Of a DNA stretch of 64,000 nt, positions 10,449-20,136 are shown in pieces. Position 1 is the first letter of the stretch. Each line of letters opens with the position of its first letter. Origin of the DNA: Candidatus Binatia bacterium. Its GTDB lineage: Bacteria > Desulfobacterota > Binatia > Bin18. Position numbers and translations under genes: made by a program. The notes below the pieces were generated by a model that saw nothing but the letters and a program-made list of their open reading frames with translations, ran no database searches and was not told the DNA's origin. The stretch lies in the NCBI GenBank assembly GCA_963664395.2, contig OY761159.2:1024001-1088000 (forward strand), read 5' to 3'.

Positions 10449-12377
10449 CTATTCCCCACCCACCGAAAACGCAATCAGGGCGTTGCCCGACATCCCACCC
10501 CACAGGCCGTAGCCGGAATTGACATACAGCATGCCACCCACAATGGTTGGGCCCGGGCCGTCAAAAGAACCGCCCTTCGTCTTGACGCCGTTGGTGCTCT
10601 CATACTCCTGATCGGCGTCGTAGTCCCATACGACATTCCCGCTGTCGGTGGCATAGCCGCGTAGATGTCCGTCAACCGAACCGGAGAACACCACGCCGGG
10701 CAGCGCCGACACGGCTGCCGACTGAGCGGGACTGCATTGGGGCTTCTCTCCACAGCTGACAGGCGGGACATGCCAGCGGCGCTCACCGCTCTCAATGTCA
10801 ATGGCAAACATGCCGCCGCCGACACTCCCGTCCAGGGTCGTGGCCCAGCCCGCGTCGGAATTCTCTACTGTCTTAATTCCGATATCCGACAGCGCCACAT
10901 AGACTTGTTTGGCATCTGCCGCCGAGCCCCACTGAATCCCGCCGATGATGCCGCCTTTTCCAACGCGGTGCTGCCACAGAATCTCACCGTCGCGGTCCGG
11001 GTCTATGGCATGCATCACCCCGGACTTTTGTCCGGCCAGGATCACGCGCCGGCCATTGGGTAAAATGCGCAGAATCGGAGACGAGGCAAAGTCAAGATCC
11101 GGACCGCGCGCCTCAGGGCAATTCATATCATCCTCGGTCTCACAGCCGACATTCCAGGCATCGCCGGCAGTGAACTGTTTCGACCATAAAAATTTCCCGG
11201 TGCGCATATCAAAAGCCCCCACCGCATCGCTCGTCAGGGAGGCCGGGTCCGAATAATTGTCGCCCGTGGTCACATAGATGCGGTTCCGCTCGGGATCGAG
11301 TACTGGTGAAGACCAGATTGAGGCACCGGACGGCCCCCATAACTGTACGCCAATCGCATTCTTACGCACAGGCGCGGGCGGGTCCGGAAGCGTATACCCC
11401 TTCCAGACTTGCGTGCCGTTAAACCGGTTGAGGGCCACCATGGAGCCTCGGAACGTACAGCACTCATAACTGGGATCACCGCCGGCGACTTCTTCAAACG
11501 CGGTGGCCGAAGCATAGATGCGGTTGCCATGCGTTTTGGGGGTAGCCGTAATCCGCGCCAGGGGATGGTCGTCAATTTTGACTTTCCAGATCTGCCTGCC
11601 GGTTTGCGCATCAAGTGCATACAAATTGGCCTCAACGTCCCCAACATAGACGACGTAGCGCTGCGGATTCGTAGCCGGCAGGCTATCGACCACTGGGGTT
11701 GAGCGGACGCCCGCCGTTGTTTTGACCGACCAGTACAGGCAGCCGGTTTTGGCGTCCAGCGCATACACCAGGCCCTTCATCGTTCCGACGAACACCCGGC
11801 CACCAACCACCGTCGGCTGGGAGGTCTGATAATCCATGGGCAAACCAAACACCCATTTGACCTTCAGGTCAGGAACCTGGTCCGCGCTTATGCCGGCGGC
11901 CGCTGCGGATTGGAAGCGGGTGTTGAAATTATCGGCCCCCCAGCCGTTCCACTGCGGAACACCGTCTTCGATAGCAAATGTCCCTGGCGCGTCTTCACAA
12001 AACCCGGCGACCGTCTCGTCTTTGGCGGTGGGCGGCGGGAGCTTCTTGCCGGTCATCCACTCCGCTAAGGCGCGCCGCTCTCGATTGGTCCGGGTCATGC
12101 CCTGGAATTGCATCTTGCCGAGTTCCAAAGAATTCAAGACCATCAAGGCGGGCAGGCGCTGAATAATGTTACGGTGCGGTGCGCGTTTGACTTGGCCCTC
12201 GTGGCAGCGCGCGCAGTGCGCCTGGTAGAGCGCTTCGCCGTCAGTTCCCCCTTCGGTTGGCGAGAAGGCCCAACTCGGTGCAATACTCATACCCAAGACA
12301 CAGGCAATACCCGCAATGGCTTGGACCGTGACTCGTATGTTTTGGCGTGCAGACCCGATAAACGCTGGGACAGACAT
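10449..12377 (-). CDS. Quinohemoprotein PQQ-dependent dehydrogenase (polyvinyl-alcohol dehydrogenase-like), copy 4
   Basis: Signal peptide, CARCH heme-c motif with axial GKM, QWNGWG, PQQ beta-propeller repeats, YECCTFRG, TTGDNY, GPDLDF, LYVNSGY. RBS AGGAGG before ATG 12377. Confidence 0.88.
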   Translation of the reverse strand: MSVPAFIGSARQNIRVTVQAIAGIACVLGMSIAPSWAFSPTEGGTDGEALYQAHCARCHEGQVKRAPHRNIIQRLPALMVLNSLELGKMQFQGMTRTNRERRALAEWMTGKKLPPPTAKDETVAGFCEDAPGTFAIEDGVPQWNGWGADNFNTRFQSAAAAGISADQVPDLKVKWVFGLPMDYQTSQPTVVGGRVFVGTMKGLVYALDAKTGCLYWSVKTTAGVRSTPVVDSLPATNPQRYVVYVGDVEANLYALDAQTGRQIWKVKIDDHPLARITATPKTHGNRIYASATAFEEVAGGDPSYECCTFRGSMVALNRFNGTQVWKGYTLPDPPAPVRKNAIGVQLWGPSGASIWSSPVLDPERNRIYVTTGDNYSDPASLTSDAVGAFDMRTGKFLWSKQFTAGDAWNVGCETEDDMNCPEARGPDLDFASSPILRILPNGRRVILAGQKSGVMHAIDPDRDGEILWQHRVGKGGIIGGIQWGSAADAKQVYVALSDIGIKTVENSDAGWATTLDGSVGGGMFAIDIESGERRWHVPPVSCGEKPQCSPAQSAAVSALPGVVFSGSVDGHLRGYATDSGNVVWDYDADQEYESTNGVKTKGGSFDGPGPTIVGGMLYVNSGYGLWGGMSGNALIAFSVGGE

Positions 12378-12408
12378 ACCCTGACCTCCTTTTTCCGCTG
12401 TCCTCCCT

Positions 12409-12443
12409 TTTTGCCCTGGAGAAGCGTTTTGTGTCAAACCCCT
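12409..12443 (-). promoter_or_regulatory. Conserved promoter-like motif (TTGACA-N17-GCAAAA)
   Basis: GGGGTTTGACACA.AAC.CT.C...GGCAAAA is shared with 14468-14502 at identical spacing. Confidence 0.55.
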
Positions 12444-12456
12444 CCAACGTTCAGAC

Positions 12457-12491
12457 AAAAAAGGGTCGCCCACAGGGGCGACCCTTTTTTT
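12457..12491. terminator. Intrinsic terminator (bidirectional shape)
   Basis: A6-GGGTCGCCC-loop-GGGCGACCC-T7. Confidence 0.85.
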
Positions 12492-12515
12492 CGTTTCCTC
12501 AGGCGCAAGAGCCAA

Positions 12516-14438
12516 CTACTCACCATTCACCGAGAAGGCAATCAAGGCATTTCCTGATGTGCCTCCCCAAAAACCATAGCCGGAATTGACGTACATCATG
12601 CCACCCACAATCGTTGGGCCAGGGCCATCAAACGACCCCCCTCTCGTCTTTACCCCGTTGGTGCTCTCATATTCCTGGTCTGCGTTGTAATCCCACACGA
12701 CCTCCCCGGTGTCTGTCGCGTAGCCACGCAGATGACCATCGACAGAACCGGAAAACACCACTCCCGGAAGAGCGGAAACCGCAGCAGATTGAGCCGGACT
12801 ACACTTGGGCCGGCCCTCACAGCCGACAGGTGGAACGTACCATTTACGCTCACCGCTTTCGATGTCGAGCGCAAACATGCCGCCACCAACACTGCCGTCC
12901 AGCCGCACCGCCCAGCCCACATCAGAATCCGAAATCGGGACCATACCAATATCTGACAGCGCGACATAAACCTGCTTAGCGTCGGCTGCCGAACCCCACT
13001 GAATTCCACCCGCCAGGCCGCCCTTGCCTACGCGATGTTGCCAGAGAATCTCACCATCGCGATCAGGATCTATGGCGTGCATCACGCCTGACTTTTGCCC
13101 AGCGAGAATGACACGCCGGCCATCAGGCAAAATACGCAGGATCGGCGACGACGCAAAGTCAAGATCCGGACCGCGCGCTTCAGGGCAATTCATATCCTCA
13201 TCCATCTCACAGCCGACATTCCAGGCATCACCCGCAGTGAACTGTTTTGACCACAGCAGCTTACCAGTCCGCATATCGAAGGCAACCACGGCATCGCTCG
13301 TGAGTGAGGCCGGGTCTGAATAATTGTCGCCTGTGGTGGCATAGATCCGGTTACGCTCGGGATCGAGGGCTGGCGAAGACCAGATCGAAGCGCCGGACGG
13401 TCCCCACAGTTGGGTCCCGATCTCATTCTTGCGTATCCGGGCGGGCGGCTCAGGCAGCGTATACCCCGTCCACACTAATTTGCCATTGAACCGGTTGAGC
13501 GCCATCAATTTGCCGCGAAAGGTACAGCACTCATACTGCGGGTCAGCACCCGCGACCTCTTCGAGCGCTGTGGTCGAAACGTAGATGCGGTTGCCGTGCG
13601 TTTTGGGCGTGCCGGTAATGGTGGCCAGGGGATGCGTATCCACGTCCACCTTCCACAATTGCTTACCCGTGCCGGCATCGAGCGCATAGACATTCGCCTC
13701 CGTGTCACCCACATACACCACAGAGCGCGGCGGATTAGTACCCGGCAGGCTATCCACCACCATAGTCGAGCGTACCCCACCAGAGGTCTTGGCCGACCAA
13801 TATAAACAGCCGGTTTTGGCATCAAGCGCATACACCCACCCTTTGACCGAGCCAATAAAAACACGCCCGCCCGCAACGGTCGGCTGGGAGGCCCGGAAAT
13901 CCATGGGCAAACCAAACACCCATTTGACCTTCAGGTCAGAAACCTGGTCGGCACTGATGCCGGCATGCTCCGCGGACTGATAACGGCTATTGAAGCCGTT
14001 AGCCCCCCAGCCATTCCACTGTGGAGCACCGTCTGCAATAGAAAAAATACCTGGCGCCTCCTCACAAAACCCGGCAACCGTCGCCTCTTTATCCGAGGGT
14101 GGCGGGAGCTTCTTCCCCGTGATCCATTCGGACATGGCCCGCTTTTCGCCACTGGTCCGAATCCAACCCTGGACTCGCATCTTCCCGACTTCGAGCGAGT
14201 GCAACACCATTTCTGCGGGCAGTTTTGAGAGGACTTCGCGGTGTGGCGCCCGCTTCACTTGTCCTTCGTGACACTGGGCGCAGTAACGACCATAGAGCTG
14301 CTCGCCATCACTAGCCTGTTCCGACGGCGAGAAGGCCCAACCGGGCGACGCAAGGCAGAGCCCCAGCGCAAGGGTCAACACGCTCGACACGCCGCTCATC
14401 ATAATTTTGCTCGGCCAGGTCCGATATGTTTCGATCAT
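12516..14438 (-). CDS. Quinohemoprotein PQQ-dependent dehydrogenase (PVA-DH-like), copy 3
   Basis: Signal peptide, CAQCH, same motifs as its paralogues. Confidence 0.88.
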   Translation of the reverse strand: MIETYRTWPSKIMMSGVSSVLTLALGLCLASPGWAFSPSEQASDGEQLYGRYCAQCHEGQVKRAPHREVLSKLPAEMVLHSLEVGKMRVQGWIRTSGEKRAMSEWITGKKLPPPSDKEATVAGFCEEAPGIFSIADGAPQWNGWGANGFNSRYQSAEHAGISADQVSDLKVKWVFGLPMDFRASQPTVAGGRVFIGSVKGWVYALDAKTGCLYWSAKTSGGVRSTMVVDSLPGTNPPRSVVYVGDTEANVYALDAGTGKQLWKVDVDTHPLATITGTPKTHGNRIYVSTTALEEVAGADPQYECCTFRGKLMALNRFNGKLVWTGYTLPEPPARIRKNEIGTQLWGPSGASIWSSPALDPERNRIYATTGDNYSDPASLTSDAVVAFDMRTGKLLWSKQFTAGDAWNVGCEMDEDMNCPEARGPDLDFASSPILRILPDGRRVILAGQKSGVMHAIDPDRDGEILWQHRVGKGGLAGGIQWGSAADAKQVYVALSDIGMVPISDSDVGWAVRLDGSVGGGMFALDIESGERKWYVPPVGCEGRPKCSPAQSAAVSALPGVVFSGSVDGHLRGYATDTGEVVWDYNADQEYESTNGVKTRGGSFDGPGPTIVGGMMYVNSGYGFWGGTSGNALIAFSVNGE

Positions 14439-14467
14439 AAGTGCACTCCCTCCTTATCTCCTCATTC

Positions 14468-14502
14468 TTTTGCCGCGTGGCAGTGTTCTGTGTCAAACCC
14501 CC
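14468..14502 (-). promoter_or_regulatory. Conserved promoter-like motif (TTGACA-N17-GCAAAA)
   Basis: Matches 12409-12443. Confidence 0.55.
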
Positions 14503-14555
14503 GTGTCTCTCGCCGGGCTCTTCCGAGAGACATTCTACCCTTCCCGAAGACATAT

Positions 14556-14585
14556 AAAAAAGGGCGGCCGTGGGGCCACCCTTTT
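14556..14585. terminator. Intrinsic terminator
   Basis: A6-GGGCGGCC-loop-GGCCACCC-T4; T-tract on the minus strand downstream of copy 2. Confidence 0.7.
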
Positions 14586-14604
14586 CACCAGACAAGAGCG
14601 CGCG

Positions 14605-16515
14605 TTATTCCCCATCCACCGAAAAGGCGATCAACGCATTCCCTCCCATTCCGCCCTGAAAACCATAGCCCGAATTGACATACACCATCCCGTCGACAAT
14701 GGTCGGTCCCGGACCATCGAACGAGCCCCCGCGCGTCTTGACGCCATTGGTGCTCTCATATTCCTGGTCCGCGTTGTAATCCCACATCACCTCGCCGCTG
14801 TTGGTCGCATAGCCACGCAGATGCCCGTCTATAGATCCGGAGAACACAACCCCAGGAATAGCCGACACGGCGGCGGACTGCGCCGGGCTGCACTGTTTTC
14901 GGTCGCCGCAGCCGGGCGGTGGGATATACCATTTGCGCTCACCCGTCTCAATGTCATATGCAAACATACCGCCACCGACACTACTATCGAGGGTGGTGTC
15001 AAAGCCGATGTCAGAATCCGGCACTGTCGTTACCCCGATATCAGACAGGGCCACGTACACCTGTTTGGCATCCGCCGCCGAACCCCACTGAATACCCCCA
15101 ATCAGGCCGCCCTTGCCAACCCGTTGCTGCCACAGGATTTCTCCCTTCCGGTCCGGGTCAATGGCGTGCATCACGCCGGACTTTTGTCCGGCCAGAATGA
15201 CTCGTCTGCCGTCGGGTAAGATGCGCAGAATGGGGGAAGAGGCAAAGTCAAGATCGGGCCCGCGTGCCTGCGGACAATTGGTATCATCCGTCTGCTCACA
15301 GCCAACATTCCAGGCATCACCGGCGGTGAACTGCTTGGACCACAGAAATTCCCCGGTCCGCAGATCAAAAGCCACTACCGCATCACTCGTCAGGGAAGCC
15401 GGGTCCGAGTAATTGTCACCCGTGGTGACATACATGCTGTTCCGTTCCGGATCGAGCGCCGGCGAAGACCAGATCGAGGCACCCGACGGCCCCCATAACT
15501 GCACGCCAATTGCATTCTTGCGGACCGGTTGTGCGGCATCCAGCGTATACGCCCGCCACACCAGCTTGCCGTTAAAGCGGTTGAGGGCCATCATCTTGCC
15601 GCGAAACGTGCAGCATTCGTAGTTCGGGTCTGCGCCGGCAAGTTCTTCGAGCGCCGTGGTGGACACGTACAGCCGATTGCCGAGCGTTTTCGGCGTGCCG
15701 GTAATCGTGGCCAGGGGATGGTCATCCACGTCCACTTTCCACAGTTGTTTGCCGGTGCGGGCGTCCAGGGCATACATATTCGCCGAGGCATCGCCCACGT
15801 AGACAACATAGCGGGGCGGGTTCGTTCCCGGCAGGCTATCCACCACCATGGTCGAGCGCACGCCGCCGTCCGTTTTCACCGACCAGTACAAACAGCCCGT
15901 CTTGGCATCGAGCGAATAGATACGGCCCTGCAGGGAGCCGACAAAAACCCGGCCACCAACCACCGTCGGCTGAGAGGCCCGGAAATCCATAGGCAAACCA
16001 AACACCCATTTGACCTTGAGCTGCGGCACCTTGTCGGCCGGTATGCCGGCGTTCTCAGCCGACTGGAAGCGACTGTTGGTGTTGTCCACGCCCCAGCCAT
16101 TCCACTGCGGAGCGCCGTCGGCAACAGAAAACTCGCCGGGCGCGTCCTCACAAAATCCGCCAACTGTCTCATCCGTTTCCTTGATTTTCTTGCCGGTGAT
16201 CCATTCGGACAGGGCGCGGCGCTCGGCAATCGTCCGTACCCAACCCTGCATCCGCATCTTACCCACGCTGAGTGAGTGCAACACCAAATTGGCGGGTAGG
16301 CGTGACATGACCTCACGGTGAGGTGCGCGCGCTACCTGGCCCTCGTGGCACTGCTGACAATACTGCTTGTAGAGCTGCTCTGCATCCGGTGCCGGTTGGG
16401 CGCCGGGTTCCATTGCCCAACTCGCCGGGACGCCGCCCAGCAACACCGCAAAGCACAGCGCTCCGCTCAGCCAGGTTATCATTTTTTTTGGCCCTACCCT
16501 GTCCATTGTGCCCAT
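14605..16515 (-). CDS. Quinohemoprotein PQQ-dependent dehydrogenase (PVA-DH-like), copy 2
   Basis: Signal peptide, CQQCH, YECCTFRG, PQQ repeats. Confidence 0.88.
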   Translation of the reverse strand: MGTMDRVGPKKMITWLSGALCFAVLLGGVPASWAMEPGAQPAPDAEQLYKQYCQQCHEGQVARAPHREVMSRLPANLVLHSLSVGKMRMQGWVRTIAERRALSEWITGKKIKETDETVGGFCEDAPGEFSVADGAPQWNGWGVDNTNSRFQSAENAGIPADKVPQLKVKWVFGLPMDFRASQPTVVGGRVFVGSLQGRIYSLDAKTGCLYWSVKTDGGVRSTMVVDSLPGTNPPRYVVYVGDASANMYALDARTGKQLWKVDVDDHPLATITGTPKTLGNRLYVSTTALEELAGADPNYECCTFRGKMMALNRFNGKLVWRAYTLDAAQPVRKNAIGVQLWGPSGASIWSSPALDPERNSMYVTTGDNYSDPASLTSDAVVAFDLRTGEFLWSKQFTAGDAWNVGCEQTDDTNCPQARGPDLDFASSPILRILPDGRRVILAGQKSGVMHAIDPDRKGEILWQQRVGKGGLIGGIQWGSAADAKQVYVALSDIGVTTVPDSDIGFDTTLDSSVGGGMFAYDIETGERKWYIPPPGCGDRKQCSPAQSAAVSAIPGVVFSGSIDGHLRGYATNSGEVMWDYNADQEYESTNGVKTRGGSFDGPGPTIVDGMVYVNSGYGFQGGMGGNALIAFSVDGE

Positions 16516-16550
16516 AACACTCCCCCCTGTTCTGTGCTGAAAGAATATAG

Positions 16551-18473
16551 CTATTCTTCATCGACCGAAAAGGCCAGCAGAGCGTTGCCCGGCATGCCGC
16601 CCCAATAACCGTAGCCGGAATTCACATACAGCATGCCGTCAACAATAGTCGGGCCAGGGCCGTCGAACGATCCCCCTCGGGTCTGTATTCCATTCGTACT
16701 CTCGTATTCCTGGTCGGCATTATACTCCCAAACCACCGCGCCGTCCGCGCTTGAGTAGGCGCGCAAATGACCATCGACAGAACCGGAAAAGACAACGCCG
16801 GGGATCACCGACACGGCCGCGGACTGGGCCGGGCTGCACTGGGCGCGGCCATTACAGCCCGGTGGCGGTGTATGCCATTTGCGCTCACCCGTCTCAATGT
16901 CATACGCAAACATCCCGCCGCCGACACTCCCGTTGAGGCTGGTCGTCCAGCCCAAGTCTTTATCTTGGTGGGTCTCCACGCCGATATCGGACAAGGCCAC
17001 ATAGATGGTCCGGGCATCGGCGGCCGGCCCCCACTGGATGCCGCCGATCAGGCCGCCCTTGCCGAGCCGCTGCTGCCAGAGAATTTCTCCATCCCGGTCC
17101 GGGTCCACGGCGTGGAGGACGCCGGATTTCTGCCCGGCCAGGAGTACCCGCCTGCCGCTGGGCAGCTTGACCAGAATCGATGAAGAACCAAAGTCCAAGT
17201 CCGGCCCTCTGGCCTCGGGACAGTTTGAGTCATCATCGGTCTCACACCCGATATTCCAGGCGTCGTTAGGCGTGAACTGCTGCGACCATAAGAACTCGCC
17301 CGTTCTCAGATCAAACGCCACGATGGCATCGCTGGTGAGCGAAGCCGGGTCGGAATAGTTATCACCGGTGGTGACATACAGCCGGCCGCGTTCCAGGTCG
17401 AGGGTGGGAGAAGACCAGACCGAGGCGCCTGAGGGCCCCCACAACTGGACGCCCTTTTTGTTTTTCCGGACCGGCGCGGCCGGCTCCGGAATCGTATAGG
17501 TCCTCCAGACCATCTTGCCATTCACCGGATTCATGGCCACCAGCGTGCCCCGAAAGGTACAGCATTCATAATCGGCATCCGCGCCGGCCGCTTCTTCCAG
17601 GGCCGTCAGGGGCACGTAGAGTCGATTGCCGTGCAGTTTGGGCGTGCCGGTGATGCGCGCCATGGGATGGTCGTCAATCCGGGTGCGCCATAACTCTGCG
17701 CCCGTTCGGGCGTCCAGGGCGTAGACCGTAGCTTCAGAGTCGCCGAAATAGACCACATGGCGGGCCGGGTCGGTTCCCGGCAGTTTCCCGACGACCAGGG
17801 TTGACCGAACGCCCGCCCTGGGTTTCATCGACCAGTACAGGCAGCCGGTCTTGGCATCGATCGAATAGATCCGACCTTTCATGGTTCCGACAAAGACCCG
17901 GTTGCCGACAACGGTCGGCTGGGAGGTCTGGTAGTCCATCGGCAGGCCAAACACCCATTTGACTTTCAGCTTGGAGACCTGCGCCGTGCTGACCCCGGCC
18001 TGTTCCGCGGGCTGAAAGCGGCTGTTCACGGCATCCACGCCCCAGCCATTCCACTGCGGAGCGTCGTCTGCGACCACGAATTCGCCTGGGGCATCGGCGC
18101 AAAAACCCGCCACCGTTTCATCGGTCGCCGCTTCCGGTTTGAGCTTCTTGGCGCTGACCCATTCGGAGATGGCGCGGCGCTCTTCGTTGGTCCGCAGCAC
18201 CCCCTGGAATTTCATTTTGCCCAGCTCCAACGAGTGCAGCACAAACTCGGCCGGCAGGCGGCGGAGAATGTCGAGCTGCGCCGCCCGGGTTGATTGTCCG
18301 GCGTGACATTTCGCGCAGTGCTGCTCGTATAAGGCCCGACCATCGGGCTGCTGCCCCGTTGGGGCAGCAGCCCAACTTGGGGAGAAGAGAAAACCGGTCA
18401 GCCCTATGGCCAGGACGGTTGCCCAACGGATTTTCCACCAGTGCGTACGGGTCGTACTCCAGTCGCGTGTCAT
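16551..18473 (-). CDS. Quinohemoprotein PQQ-dependent dehydrogenase (PVA-DH-like), copy 1
   Basis: Signal peptide, CAKCH, YECCTFRG, PQQ repeats. RBS AAGGAGG. Confidence 0.88.
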   Translation of the reverse strand: MTRDWSTTRTHWWKIRWATVLAIGLTGFLFSPSWAAAPTGQQPDGRALYEQHCAKCHAGQSTRAAQLDILRRLPAEFVLHSLELGKMKFQGVLRTNEERRAISEWVSAKKLKPEAATDETVAGFCADAPGEFVVADDAPQWNGWGVDAVNSRFQPAEQAGVSTAQVSKLKVKWVFGLPMDYQTSQPTVVGNRVFVGTMKGRIYSIDAKTGCLYWSMKPRAGVRSTLVVGKLPGTDPARHVVYFGDSEATVYALDARTGAELWRTRIDDHPMARITGTPKLHGNRLYVPLTALEEAAGADADYECCTFRGTLVAMNPVNGKMVWRTYTIPEPAAPVRKNKKGVQLWGPSGASVWSSPTLDLERGRLYVTTGDNYSDPASLTSDAIVAFDLRTGEFLWSQQFTPNDAWNIGCETDDDSNCPEARGPDLDFGSSSILVKLPSGRRVLLAGQKSGVLHAVDPDRDGEILWQQRLGKGGLIGGIQWGPAADARTIYVALSDIGVETHQDKDLGWTTSLNGSVGGGMFAYDIETGERKWHTPPPGCNGRAQCSPAQSAAVSVIPGVVFSGSVDGHLRAYSSADGAVVWEYNADQEYESTNGIQTRGGSFDGPGPTIVDGMLYVNSGYGYWGGMPGNALLAFSVDEE

Positions 18474-18601
18474 GATCCCCCTCCTTATGCTGAGCAGCGC
18501 GGCGCCCCGGTCGCCGCCCTTCCCTATTTAGCTCGCATTTGGTCGTTCTGCTAGCGCAGCACCGGGGGGGGCCGGAGGGGAATGGACGAATTGGGGAAGG
18601 C

Positions 18602-18982
18602 TTATGATTTGTGCAGGCGCTGCTCCCATTCATACTCGCGATTCGTTACCACATCTTCCATCCGTCGGAGGCGACGGTCGAGATGATCAAAGGTGTGTTT
18701 CAGACGGTGGAGAGCCAGCCCGCGCGAGTTGACGTAGGCGTCATAGAACTCGCGCTCGCCCGCACTGGCGAACGGCACGACAGGTTCGGGTTTCATCACC
18801 ACCGCGGCCAACAGATACAGGCCACCCACAGGCCACAGGCCGGAAAAGAGAAAAAACAGGATGGTCAGCATGCGCGTCCAAAAGAGTGAAATATCGAGAT
18901 AGTCGGCGATCCCTTTGCACACCCCGAGCAGCATGCCATCGCGTGACCGGTACAAGCCCGTCGAGCGTTCGGCTGTCGTCAT
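18602..18982 (-). CDS. pspC: Phage shock protein C
   Basis: LYRSRDGMLLGVCKGIADY...; C-terminal LDRRLRRMEDVVT.REYEW. Confidence 0.9.
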   Translation of the reverse strand: MTTAERSTGLYRSRDGMLLGVCKGIADYLDISLFWTRMLTILFFLFSGLWPVGGLYLLAAVVMKPEPVVPFASAGEREFYDAYVNSRGLALHRLKHTFDHLDRRLRRMEDVVTNREYEWEQRLHKS

Positions 18983-19242
18983 CGTTTTCCTTCTCCTTTT
19001 CTTTCCTGGTCAAGCAAAAGCGTTTCCAAGGCTTCCACGCGAGATTCCATCTTCGATAAGCCCTGATAGAGTTCCTGAATCATCTGGGCTTCATCCGCCT
19101 GGGCCAGATGTCCCTGTTTGGGCGTGCTTTTTCTCCAGATGAGCCATACCGCCAGCGCCAGTCCTCCGACCACCGCCACAAAGACCGAGCCGAAGATGAA
19201 GAGGACGACCAGCGGCCAAATGTCCATTATTTGTGCATCCAT
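18979..19242 (-). CDS. pspB: Phage shock protein B
   Basis: N-terminal TM, then IQELYQGL.KMESRVEALETLL; lies between pspA and pspC. Confidence 0.85.
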   Translation of the reverse strand: MDAQIMDIWPLVVLFIFGSVFVAVVGGLALAVWLIWRKSTPKQGHLAQADEAQMIQELYQGLSKMESRVEALETLLLDQERKGEGKR

Positions 19243-19284
19243 GTTGCAGACCCACTCTCCAGCAGCTTCCTTCGGGACAACCGA

Positions 19285-19980
19285 TTAGTCCTGCGGCTGG
19301 GCGGTTGTCTTTTGCTCAACCCCAGCTTTGAGCGTGGCTAACTCTTCTTCGATCTCCTCATCGCCTTCCAGCCGGGCAAACTCTTCTTCGAGTGAGTGCT
19401 GGCGCTCGGAATTGGGACCGGGGTTCACCAGGTCGGCTTCCGCTTCCATGCGCTCAATCCGGTTTTCAAATTGTTCAAACCGGACAAACGCCTCCGAGCT
19501 GTCGAGGCGGCGCAGGTCTTCCTGGGCGCGTTTCCGCTTTTGGGCATGAATATGGCGTTGGACGAGCAAGCGCTGTTTTTCGCGGACTGTCCCGAGTTTA
19601 TTTTCCAACTGGACAATGTCTTCCTGATACTGATGAATCAGGGCGTCACACTCGGCGCGTTCTTTTTGCAGCCCAGCGGTGCGTTCGGTATAGCGCCGCT
19701 TCTCCATGAGGGCCTCACGCGCCAAGTCTTCGCGCCCTTTATCTACGGCGAGCTGCGCCTTTTCGCCCCACTGGCTGGCCCGTGTTTCGACCGTTTGACA
19801 GTCTCGCTCGATTTTCTTTCTTGTGGCCATAGCCCCAGCGCACGAGACTTTAATCTCAACCAGGGTATCCTCCATCTCCTTAATCATGAGCCGAATGAGC
19901 TTCTCCGGGTCTTCTGCTTTGTCGAGCATGGCGTTGAGATTGGCACTGATAATGTCACGGACTCGGGTGAAAATTCCCAT
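19285..19980 (-). CDS. pspA: Phage shock protein A
   Basis: MGIFTRVRDIISANLNAMLDKAEDPEKLIRLMIKEMEDTLVE. Confidence 0.95.
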   Translation of the reverse strand: MGIFTRVRDIISANLNAMLDKAEDPEKLIRLMIKEMEDTLVEIKVSCAGAMATRKKIERDCQTVETRASQWGEKAQLAVDKGREDLAREALMEKRRYTERTAGLQKERAECDALIHQYQEDIVQLENKLGTVREKQRLLVQRHIHAQKRKRAQEDLRRLDSSEAFVRFEQFENRIERMEAEADLVNPGPNSERQHSLEEEFARLEGDEEIEEELATLKAGVEQKTTAQPQD

Positions 19981-20017
19981 TACGCTTCTCCTTTGCTTTC
20001 AGTACGCTCTGGAGCAT

Positions 20018-20034
20018 TGCAGTTAACATGCCAA
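20018..20034 (-). promoter_or_regulatory. Sigma-54 (-24/-12) promoter of pspA
   Basis: TTGGCATGTTAACTGCA on the minus strand, correct GG-N10-GC spacing; divergent pspF activator. Confidence 0.8.
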
Positions 20035-20136
20035 TTCAAAAAAACCTCCGAAGTCTTTTATTTCCAAGTACTTACAAAATTCAGAGAAATTTGTACAGAT
20101 TTGTTTTCGCTATGAATATGCTATATATACTGATAA

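Noticed and set aside
12378-12515. Extended N-terminus of dehydrogenase copy 4
   Set aside because: It spans a terminator and a promoter motif. The RBS supports ATG 12377.
10449-18473. Lanthanide- or methanol-type (XoxF/MxaF/ExaF) dehydrogenases
   Set aside because: The N-terminal cytochrome c and the GPDLDF/YECCTFRG motifs fit the PVA-DH-like group instead.
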